DNA from: Mobula hypostoma
Lineage: Eukaryota
DNA: 20,000 bases
NCBI RefSeq assembly: GCF_963921235.1
Contig: NW_026948111.1
Location: 181,778 to 201,777 of the forward strand
Direction of reading: 5' to 3'
The notes beneath the pieces were generated by a model. The model was not told where the DNA came from. It was given only the letters and a program-made list of their open reading frames with translations, and ran no database searches. Shown here in pieces: positions 8,901 to 20,000 of the stretch. Position 1 is the first letter of the stretch; the number at the start of each line of letters is the position of its first letter. The position numbers were made by a program, and so were the translations under genes.

Positions 8901-11900
8901 GGTGACGGGTTTGGGTGGGTTTCATAGAGACTGACGTCGGAAGGATGCTGAGGGAGGGATTGAGGTGATGGGTTTGGGTGGGTTTGATAGAGACTGATGT
9001 CGGAAGGATGGGACGAGATGATTGAGGTCACAGGTATGGGTGGGTTTGATAGTGACTGATGTCGGAAGGATGGGGTGGGAGGGATTGAGGTGACGGGTTT
9101 GGGAGGGTTTGATAGAGACTGATGTCGGAAGGATGGGGAGGGAGGGATTGAGGTGAGAGGTTTGGGTGGGTTTGATAGAGACTGATGTCGGAAGGATGAT
9201 GAGGGAGGGATTGAGGTGACAGGTTTGGGAGGGTTTGATGAAGACTGATGTCCGAAGGATGGGGTGGGAGGGATAAAGTCACGGGTTTGGGAGGGTTTCA
9301 TAGAGACTGATGACAGAAAGATGGTGAGGGAGGGATTCAGGTGACGGGTTTGGGAGGGTTTGATAGAGACTGATGTCGGAAGGATGGTGAGGGAGGGATT
9401 GAGGTGACGGGTTTGGGAGGGTTTGATAGAGACTGATGTCGGAAGGATGGTAAGGAAGGGATTGAGGTGACGGGTTTGGGAGGGTTTGATAGAGACTGAT
9501 GTCGGGAGTATGGTGAGGGAGGGATTGAGGTGACGAGTTTGGCAGGTTTGATAGAGACTGATGTCGGAAGGATGGTGAGGGATTGAGGTGACGGGTTTGG
9601 GAGGGTTTGATAGATACTGATGTCGGAAGGATGGTGAGGGAGGGATTGAGGTGATGGGTTTGGGAGGGTTTGATAGAGACTGATGTCGGAAAGATGGTGA
9701 GGGAGGGATTGAGGTGACGGGTTTGGGTGGGCTTGATTGAGACTGCTGTCGGAATGATTGTGAGGGAGGGATTGTGGTGACGGGTTTGGGAGGGTTTGAT
9801 AGAGACTGATGTCGCAAGGATGGGGAAGAAGGGATTGAGGTGACGGGTTTGGGTGGGTTTGATAGAGACTGATGTCGGAAGGATGGTGAGGGAGGGATTG
9901 AGGTGACGGGTTTGGGAGGGTTTCATAGAGACTGATGTCGGAAGGATGATGAGGGAGGGATTGACGTGACGGGTTTGGGAGGATTTGACAGAGACTGATG
10001 TCGGAAGGATGGGACGGGAGGGATTGAGGTGACGGGATTGGGAGGGTTTGATAGAGACTGATGTCGGAAGGATGGTGAGGAAGGGATTGAGGTGACGGGT
10101 TTGGGTGGGTTTGATTGAGACTGCTGTCGGAAGGATGGTGAGGGAGGGATTGTGGTGACGGGTTTGGGAGGGTTTGATAGAGACTGATGTCGGAAGGATG
10201 GTGAGGGAAGGATTGAGGTGACGTGTTTGGGAGGGTTTCATAGGGACTGATGTCGGAAGGATGGTGAAGGAGCGATTGAGGTGACAGGTTTGGGAGGGTT
10301 TGATAGAGACTGATGTCGGAAGGATGGGGAGGGAGGGATTGAGATGTCGGGTTTGGGAGGGTTTGATAGAGACTGATGTCGGGAGGATGGTGAGGGAGGG
10401 ATTGAGATGACGGGTTTGGGAGGGTTTGATAGAGACTGATGTCGGGAGGATGGTGAGGGAGGGATTCAGGTGACAGGTGTGGGAGGGTTTGATGAAGACT
10501 GATGTCAGAAGGATGGGGTGGGAGGGATTGAGATGTCGGGTTTGGGAGGGTTTGATAGAGACTGATGTCGGGAGGATGGTGAGGGAGGGATTGAGATGAC
10601 GGGTTTCGGAGGGTTTGATAGAGACTGATGTCGGGAGGATGGTGAGGGAGGGATTGAGGTGACAGGTGTGGGAGGGTTTGATGAAGACTGATATCAGAAG
10701 GATGGGGTGGGAGGGATTAAGTCACGGGTAGGGTTTCATAGAGACTGATGTCAGAAGGATGGTGAGGGAGGTATTCAGGTGACAGGTTTGTGTGGGTTTG
10801 ATAGAGACTGATGTCGGGAGGATGGTGAGGGAGGGTTTGAGGTGACAGGTTTGGGAGGGTTTGATGAAGACTGATGTCGGAAGGATGGGGTGGGAGGGAT
10901 TGAGGTGACGAGTTTGGCAGGTTTGATAGAGACTGATGTCAGAAGGATGGTGAGGGAGGGATTGAGGTGACGGGTTTGGGTGGGTTTGATTGAGACTGCT
11001 GTCAGAAGGATGGTGAGGGAGGGATTGTGGTGACGGGTTTGGGAGGGTTTGATAGAGACTGATGTCGGGAGGATGGTGAGGGAGGGATAGAGATGACAGG
11101 TTTGGGGGGGTTTAATAGAGCCTGATATCAGATGGATGGGACGGGAAGGAATGACGTGACGGGTTTGGGTGGGTTTGATAGATACTGATGTCGGAAGGAT
11201 GGTGAGGAATTGAGGTGACTGGTTGGGAGGGTTTGATAGAGACTGATGTCACAAGGATGGGGTTTGTGGGATTCGGGTGACGCGTTTGGGAGGGTTTGAC
11301 AGAGACTGATGTCGGAAGGATGGTGAGGGAGCGATTGAGGTGATGGGTATGGGAGGGTTTGATAGAGACTGATGTCGGAAGGATGGTGAGGGAGGGATTG
11401 AGGTGACGGGTATGGGAGGGTTTGATAGAGACTGATGTCGGAAGGATGATGAGGCAGGGATTGAGATGACGGGTTTGGGAGGGTTTGATAGAGACTGATG
11501 TCGGGAGGATGGTGAGGGAGGGATTGAGATGATAGGTTTGGGAGGGTTTGATGAAGACTGATGTCGGAAGGATGGGGTGGGAGGGATTAAGTCACGGGTT
11601 TGGGAGGGTTTCATAGAGACTGATGTCAGAAGGATGGTGAGGGAGGGATTGAGGAGACGGGATTGGGAGGGTTTGATAGAGACTGATGTCGGAAGGATGG
11701 TGAGGAAGGGATTGAGGTGACAGGTTTGGGTGGGTTTGATTGAGACTGCTGTCGGAAAGATGGTGAGGGAGGGATTGTGGTGACGGGTTTGGGAGGGTTT
11801 GATAGAGACTGATGTCGGGAGGATGGTGAGGGAGGGATAGAGATGACAGGTTTGGGGGGGTTTCATAGAGACTGATATCAGATGGATGGGACGGGAAGGA

Positions 11901-14900
11901 ATGACGTGACGGGTTTGGGTGGGTTTGATAGATACTGATGTCGGAAGGATGGTGAGGAATTGAGGTGACTGGTTGGGAGGGTTTGATAGAGACTGATGTC
12001 ACAAGGATGGGGTTTGTGGGATTCGGGTGACGCGTTTGGGAGGGTTTGACAGAGACTGATGTCAGAAGGATGGTGAGGGAGCGATTGAGGTGACGGGTAT
12101 GGGAGGGTTTGATAGAGACTGATGTCGGAAGGATGATGAGGGAGGGATTGAGGTGACGGGTTTGGGAGGGTTTGATAGAGACTGATGTCGGAAGGATGAT
12201 GAGGCAGGGATTGAGATGACGGGTTTGGGAGGGTTTGATAGAGACTGATGTCGGGAGGATGGTGAGGGAGGGATTGAGATGATAGGTTTGGGAGGGTTTG
12301 ATGAAGACTGATGTCGGAAGGATGGGGTGGGAGGGATTAAGTCACGGGTTTGGGAGGGTTTCATAGAGACTGATGTCAGAAGGATGGTGAGGGAGGGATT
12401 CAGGTGACGGGTTTGGGAGGGTTTGATAGAGACTGATGTCGGAAGGATGGTGAGGGAGGGATTGAGGTGACGGGATTGGGAGGGTTTGATAGAGACTGAT
12501 GTCGGAAGGATGGTGAGGAAGGGATTGAGGTGACAGGTTTGGGTGGGTTTGATTGAGACTGCTGTCGGAAAGATGGTGAGGGAGGGATTGTGGTGACTGG
12601 TTTGTGAGGGTTTGAGAGAGACTGATGTCGGAAGGATGGGGAGGGAGGGATTGAGATGTCGGGTTTGGGAGGGTTTGATAGAGACTGATGTCGGGAGGAT
12701 GGTGAGGGAGGGATTGAGATGACGGGTTTGGGAGGGTTTGATAGAGACTGATGTCGGGAGGATGGTGAGGGAGGGATTGAGGTGACAGGTGTGGGAGGGT
12801 TTGATGAAGACTGATGTCAGAAGGATGGGGTGGGAGGGATTAAGTCACGGGTTTGGGAGGGTTTCATGGAGACTGATGTCAGAAGTATGGTGAGGGAGGT
12901 ATTCAGGTGACGGGTTTGTGTGGGTTTGATAGAGACTGCTGTCAGAAGGATGGTGAGGGAGGGATTGTGGTGACGGGTTTGGGAGGGTTTGATGAAGACT
13001 GATGTCGGAAGGATGGGGTGGGAGGGATTAAGTCACTGGTTTCGCAGGGTTTGATGGAGACTGATGTTGGAAGGATGGTGAGGGAGGGATTGAGGTGACG
13101 AGTTTGGCAGGTTTGATAGAGACTGATGTCAGAAGGATGGTGAGGGAGCTATTGAGGTGACGGGTTTGGGTGGGTTTGATTGAGACTGCTGTCAGAAGGA
13201 TGGTGAGGGAGGGATTGTGGTGACGGGTTTGGGAGGGTTTGATAGAGCCTGATGTCGGAAAGATGGTGAGGGAGGGATTGAGGTGACGGGTTTGGGTGGG
13301 CTTGATTGAGACTGCTGTCGGAAGGATGGTGAGGGAGGGATTGTGGTGACGGGTTTGGGAGGGTTTGATTGAGACTGATGTCGCAAGGATGGGGAAGAAG
13401 GGATTGAGGTGACGGGTTTGGGTGGGTTTGATAGAGACTGATGTCAGGAGGATGGGACAGGAGGGATTGAGGTGACGGGTTTGGGAGGGTTTCATCGAGA
13501 CTGATGTCAGAAGGATGGTGAGGGAGGGACTGAGGTGTTGGGTTTGGCAGGTTTTGATAGAGACTGATGTCTGAAGGTTAGTGAGGGAGGGATTGAGGTG
13601 ACGGGTTTGGGAGGGTTTGATTGAGACTGATGTCGGAAGGATGGTGAGGGAGGGATTGAGGTGACGGGTTTGGGAGGGTTTCATAGAGACTGATGTCGGA
13701 AGGATGATGAGGGAGGGATTGACGTGACGGGTTTGGGAGGATTTGACAGAGACTGATGTCGGAAGGATGGGACGGGAGGAATTGAGGTGACAGGTATGGG
13801 TGGGTTTCATAGTGACTGATGTCGGAAGGATGGGGTGGGAGGGATAGAGATGATAGGTTTGGGGGGGTTTAATAGAGCCTGATATCAGATGGATGGGACG
13901 GGAAGGAATGACGTGACGGGTTTGGGTGGGTTTGATAGATACTGATGTCGGAAGGATGGTGAGGAATTGAGGTGACTGGTTGGGAGGGTTTGATAGAGAC
14001 TGATGTCACAAGGATGGGGTTTGTGGGATTCGGGTGACGCGTTTGGGAGGGTTTGATAGAGACTGATGTCGGAAGGATGGGGAGGGAGGGATTGAGGTGA
14101 CGGGTTTGGGAGGGTTTGATACAGACTGATGTCGGAAGGATGGGGAGGGAGGGATTGAGGTGACGGGTTTGGGAGCGTTTGATAGAGACTGATGTCGCAA
14201 GGATAGGGTGTGAGGGATTGAGGTGATGGGTTTGGGAGGGTTTGATAGAGACTGATGTCGGAAGGATGGTGAGGAATTGCGGTGACGGGTTTGGGAGGGT
14301 TTGATAGAGACTGATGTCGGAAGGATGGTGAGGGAGGGATTGAGGTGACGGGTTTGGGAGGGTTTGACAGAGACTGATGTCGGAAGGATGGTGAGGGAGC
14401 GATTGAGGTGATGGGTTTGGTTGGGTTTGATTGAGACTGCTGTCGGAAGGATGGTGAGGGAGGGATTGTGGTGACGGGTTTGGGAGGGTTTCATAGGGAC
14501 TGATGTCGGAAGGATGGTGAAGGAGCGATTGAGGTGACAGGTTTGGGAGGGTTTGATAGAGACTGATGTCGGAAGGATGGGGAGGGAGGGATTGAGATGT
14601 CGGGTTTGGGAGGGTTTGATAGAGACTGATGTCGGGAGGATGGTGAGGGAGGGATTGAGATGAAGGGTTTGAGAGGGTTTGATAGAGACTGATGTCAGAA
14701 GGATGGTGAAGGAGCGATTGAGGTGACAGGTTTGGGAGGGTTTGATAGAGACTGATGTCGGAAGGATGGGGAGGGAGGGATTGAGATGTCGGGTTTGGGA
14801 GGGTTTGATAGAGACTGATGTCGGGAGGATGGTGAGGGAGGGATTGAGATGACGGGTTTGGGAGGGTTTGATAGAGACTGATGTCGGGAGGATGGTGAGG

Positions 14901-17900
14901 GAGGGATTGAGGTGACAGGTTTGGGACGGTTTGATGAAGACTGATGTCGGAAGGATGGGGTGGGAGGGATTAAGTCACTGGTTTCGCAGGGTTTGATGGA
15001 GACTGATGTTGGAAGGATGGTGAGGGAGGGATTGAGGTGACGGGTTTGGGTGGGTTTGATTGAGACTGCTGTCAGAAGGATGGTGAGGGAGGGATTGTGG
15101 TGACGGGTTTGGGAGGGTTTGATTGAGACTGATGTCGCAAGGATGGGGAAGAAGGGATTGAGGTGACGGGTTTGGGTGGGTTTGATAGAGACTGATGTCA
15201 GAAGGATGGGATATGAGGGATTGAGCTGACGGGTTTGGGTGGGTTTCATAGAGACTGACGTCGGAAGGATGGTGAGGGAGGGATTGAGGTGATGGGTTTG
15301 GGTGGGTTTGATAGAGACTGATGTCGGAACGATGGGACAGGAGGGATTGAGGTGACGGGTTGGGAGGGTTTGATAGAGACTGATGTCGGAAGGATGGGGT
15401 GTGTGGGATTTGGGTGACGCGTTTGGGAGGGTTTGACAGAGACTGATGTCGGAAGGATTGGGAGGGAGGGATTGAGGTGACGGGTTTGGGAGGGTTTGAT
15501 AGAGACTGATGTCGGAAGGATGATGAGGGAGGGATTCAGGTGACGGGTTTGGGAGGGTTTGGCAGAGACTGATGTCGGAAGGATGGTGAGGGAGCGATTG
15601 AGGTGACGGGTTTGGGAGGGTTTGATAGAGACTGATGTCGGAAGGATGGGGAGGGAGGGATTGAGGTGACGGGTTTGGGAGGGTTTGATAGAGACTGATG
15701 TCGTAAGGATGGGGAAGAAGGGATTGAGGTGACGGGTTTGGGTGGGTTTGACAGAGACTGATGTCGGAAGGATGGTGAGGGAGGGATTGAGGTGATGGGT
15801 TTGGGAGGGTTTGATAGAGACTGATGTCAGAAGGATGGGGTGGGCGGGATTGAGGTGACGGGTTTGGTAGGGTTTCATAGAGACTGATGTCGGAAGGATG
15901 GTGAGGGAGGGATTGAGGTAACGGGTTTGGGAGGGTTTGATAGAGACTGATGTCGGAAGGATGGGGAGGGAGGGATTGAGGTGACGGGTTTGGGAGGGTT
16001 TGATAGAGACTGATGTCGTAAGGATGGGGAAGAAGGGATTGAGGTGACGGGTTTGGGTGGGTTTGACAGAGACTGATGTCGGAAGGATGGTGAGGGAGGG
16101 ATTGAGGTGATGGGTTTGGGAGGGTTTGATAGAGACTGATGTCAGAAGGATGGGGTGGGCGGGATTGAGGTGACAGGTTTGGTAGGGTTTCATAGAGACT
16201 GATGTCGGAAGGATGGTGAGGGAGGGATTGAGGTGACGGGTTTGGGAGGGTTTGATAGAGACTGTTGTCGGAAGGATGGTTTGGGAGGGACTGAGGTGTC
16301 GGGTTAGGCAGGGTTTGATGGAGACTGATGTCGGAAGGATGGGGAGGGAGGTATTGAGGTGACGGGTTTGGGAGGGTTTGATAGAGACTGATGTCGGAAG
16401 GATGGTGAGGGAGCGATTGAGGTCACGGGTTTGGGAGGGTTTGATAGAGACTGATGTCGGAAGGATGGGGAGGGAGGGATTGAGATGACGGGTTTGGGAG
16501 GGTTTGGCAGAGACTGATGTCGGAAGGATGGTGAGGGAGGGATTGAGGTGACGGGTTTGGGAGGGTTTGATAGAGACTGATGTCGGAAGGATGGGGAGGG
16601 AGGGATTGAGGTGACGGGTTTGGGAGGGTTTGATAGAGACTGATGTCCGAAGGATGGGGTGGGAGGGATTGAGGTGACGGGTTTGGGTGGGTTTGATAGC
16701 GACTGATGTCGGAAGGACGGTGAGGGAGGGATTGAGATGACGGATATGGGTGGGTTTGATAGAGACTGAGTCGGAAGGATGGTGAGGGAGGGATTGAGGT
16801 GACGTGTATGGGAGGGTTTGATAGAGACTGATGTCGGAAGAATTGTGAGGGAGGGATTGAGGTGATGGGTTTGAGAGGGTTTGATAGAGACTGATGTCAG
16901 AAGGATGGTGACGGATTGAGGTGACGGGTTTGGGAGGGTTTGATAGAGTCTGATGTCGGAAGGATGGTGAGGGACTGAGGTGACGGGTTTGGGTGGGTTT
17001 GATAGAGACTGATGTCGGAAGGATGGTGAGGGAGGTATTGAGGTGACGGGTCTGGGAGGGTTTGATAGAGACTGATGTCGGAAGAATTGTGAGGGAGGGA
17101 TTGAGGTGACGGGTTTGGGTGGGTTTGATAGAGACTGATGTCGGGAGGATGGTGAGGGAGGGATTGAAGAGACGGGTTTGGGACGGTTTGATAGAGACTG
17201 ATGTCGGGAGGATGGTGAGGGATTGAGGTGACGGGTTTGGGAGAGTTTGATAGAGGCTGATGTCGGAAGGCTGGCGAGGGATTGAGGTGACGGTTTGTTA
17301 GAGACTGATGTCGGGAGGATGGTGAGGGATTGAGGTGACGGGTTTGGGAGGGTTTGAGAGAGACTGATGTCGGAAGGATGGTGAGGGAGGGATTGAGGTG
17401 ACGGGTTTGGGAGCGTTTGATAGAGACTGATGTCGCAAGGATAGGGTGTGAGGGATTGAGGTGATGGGTTTGGGAGGGTTTGATAGAGACTGATGTCGGA
17501 AGGATGGTGAGGAATTGCGGTGACGGGTTTGGGAGGGTTTGATAGAGACTGATGTCGGAAGGATGGTGAGGGAGGGATTGAGGAGACAGGTTTGGGACGG
17601 TTTGATAGAGACTGATGTCGGAAGGATGGTGAGGGAGGGATTGAGGAGACGGGTTTGGGACGGTTTGATAGAGACTGATGTCGGAAGGATGGTGAGGGAG
17701 GGATTGAGGTGACGAGTTTGGCAGGGTTTGATAGAGACTGTTGTCGGAAGGATGGTTAGGGAGGGACTGAGGTGTCGGTTTAGGAGGGTTTGATAGAGAC
17801 TGATGTCGGAAGGAAAGTGAGGGATTGAGGTGACGGGTTTGGGTCAGTTTGATAGAGACTGATGTCGGAGGGATGGTCAGGGAAGGATTCAGGTGACAAG

Positions 17901-20000
17901 TTTGGGAGGGTTTCATAGAGACTTATGTCGGAAGGATGGTAAGGGAGGGATTGAGGTGACGGGATTGGAAGGGTTTAACAGAGACTGCTGTCGGAAGGAT
18001 GGTGAGGGAGGGACTGAGGTGTCGGGTTTGGCAGGTTTTGATAGAGCCTGATGTCTGAAGGATGGTGAGGGATTGAGGTGACGGGTTTGGGAGGGTTTGA
18101 TAGAGACTGATGTCGGAAGGATGGGGAGGGAGGGATTGAGGTGATCAGTTTGGGTGGGTTTGATAGAGACTGAGTCGGAAGGATGGTGAGGGAGGGATTG
18201 AGGTGTCGGGTTTGAGAGGGTTTGATAGAGACTGAGTCGGAAGGATGGGGAGGGAGGGATTGAGGTGATCAGTTTGGGTGGGTTTGATAGAGACTGATGT
18301 CAGAAGGATGGTGAGGGAGGGATTGAGAAGACGGGTTTGGGAGGGTTTGATAGAGACTGAGTCGGAAGGATGGTGAGGGAGGGATTGAGGTGACGGGTTT
18401 GGGAGGGTTTCATAGAGACTGATGTCGGAGGGATGGTGAGGGATTGAGGTGACGGGTTTGGGTGGGTTTGACAGAGACTGATGTCGGAAGGATGGAAAGG
18501 AATTGAGGTGACTGGTTGGGAGGGTTTGATAGAGACTGATGTCGGAAGGATGGGGAGGGAGGGATTGAGGTGACTGGTTTGGGAGGGTTTGACAGAGACT
18601 GATGTCGGAAGGATGATGAGGGAGGGATTGAGATGACGGGTTTGGGAGGGTTTGATAGAGACTGATGTCGGAAGGATGGTGAGGGAGGGACTGAGGTGTC
18701 GGGTTTGGGAGGGTTTGATAGAGACTGATGTCGGAAGGATGGTGAGGGAGGGATTGAGCTGACTGGTTTGGGAGGGTTTGATGGAGACTGATATCGGGAG
18801 GATGGTGAGGGAGGGATTGAGGTGACGGGTTTGGGTGGGTTTGACAGAGACTGATGTCGGAAGGATGGTAAGGGAGGGATTGAGGTGATGGGTTTGGGAG
18901 GGTTTGATGGAGACTGATATCGGGAGGATGGGGTGGGAGGGATTGAGGTGACAGGTTTGGGAGGGTTTGATGAAGACTGATGTCGGAAGGATGGGGTGGG
19001 AGGGATTAAGTCATGGGTTTCGCAGGGTTGATAGAGACTGATGTCGGTAGGATGGTGAGGGTGGGATTGAGGTGACGGGTTTGGGTGGGTTTGATAGAGA
19101 CTGATGTCGGAAGGATGGTGAGGGAGGTATTGAGGTGACGGGTTTGGGAGGGTTTGATAGAGACTGATGTCGGAAGGATGGTGAGGGAGGTATTGAGGTG
19201 ACGGGTTTGGGAGGGTTTGATAGAGACTGATGTCGGAAGAATTGTGAGGGAGGGATTGAGGTGACGGGTTTGGGTGGGTTTGATACAGACTGATGTCAGA
19301 AGGATGGTGAGGGAGGGATTGAGGTGACGGGTTTGGGAGGCTTTCATAGAGACTGATGTCAGAAGGATGGTGAGGGAGGGATTCAGGTGACGGGTTTGGG
19401 AGGGTTTGATAGAGGCTGATGTCAGAAGGATGGTGAAGGAGGGATTGAGGTGACGGGTTTGGGAGGGTTTGATAGAGACTGATGTCGGAAGGATGGTGAG
19501 GGAGGGATTGAGGTGACGGGATTGGGAGGGTTTGATAGAGACTGATGTCGGAAGAATGGTGAGGCAGGGATTGTGGTGACGGGTTTGGGTGGGTTTGATA
19601 GAGACTGATGTTGGAAGGATGGTGAGGGAGGGATTGAGCTGATCGGTTTCAGAGGGTTTGATAGAGACTGATGTCGGAAGGAAAGTGAGGGATTGAGGTG
19701 ACGGGTTTGGGTGGGTTTGATAGAGACTGATGTCGGCAGGATGGTGAGGGAGAGATTGAGCTGACGGGTTTGGGAGGGTTTCATAGAGACTGATGTCGGA
19801 AGGATGCGGAGGGAGGGATTGAGGTGACGGGTTTGGGTGGGTTTCATAGAGACTGACGTCGGAAGGATGCTGAGGGAGGGATTGAGGTGATGGGTTTAGG
19901 AGGGTTTGATAGTGACTGATGTCAGAAGGATGGTGAGGGAGGGATTCAGGTGACGGGTTAGGGAGGGTTTGACAGAGACTGATGTCGGAAGGATGGGTTG
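5965..20000. repeat. 63-bp tandem satellite, ~220-225 copies, running off the window end
   Basis: Consensus GAGGGTTTGATAGAGACTGATGTCGGAAGGATGGTGAGGGAGGGATTGAGGTGACGGGTTTGG, giving 21-aa periodicity in the ORF track. Frequent 59-bp (loss of one AGGG) and 62-bp variant units. Copy number estimated as length divided by unit size. Confidence 0.99.

Noticed and set aside
6542..19847. Long Pro/Ser/Thr/His-rich ORFs as a mucin- or extensin-like gene
   Set aside because: All three minus frames are open because of the unit sequence. Frequent non-triplet indels switch frames, and there is no signal peptide or unique domain.
5965..20000. CRISPR-like array
   Set aside because: Units are contiguous with no unique spacers, there are no cas genes, and the context is vertebrate LINEs.

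Overview
Eukaryotic, repeat-dominated window; the LINE complement resembles a cartilaginous fish (inference). Bases 1-3530 are a nest of dead non-LTR retrotransposons: a Rex1/Babar-type LINE 3' end split by two 5'-truncated CR1 copies in opposite orientations, next to older CR1 relics, one containing an 8x29-bp minisatellite. Bases ~3540-3960 are the only apparently unique DNA and carry a candidate minus-strand exon behind a good 3' splice site. Bases 3963-5960 are a G-rich 25-30-bp minisatellite whose minus-strand unit is that splice site's branch point plus pyrimidine tract. From ~5965 to the window end (>14 kb) is a 63-bp G-rich satellite with higher-order duplications. Its long Pro/Ser/Thr ORFs are best read as artefacts. 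I see no intact recognisable gene, RNA gene, CRISPR array or novel enzymatic system. The best lead is the apparent splice acceptor > 27-mer > 30-mer > 63-mer continuum. Coordinates and counts were read by eye.
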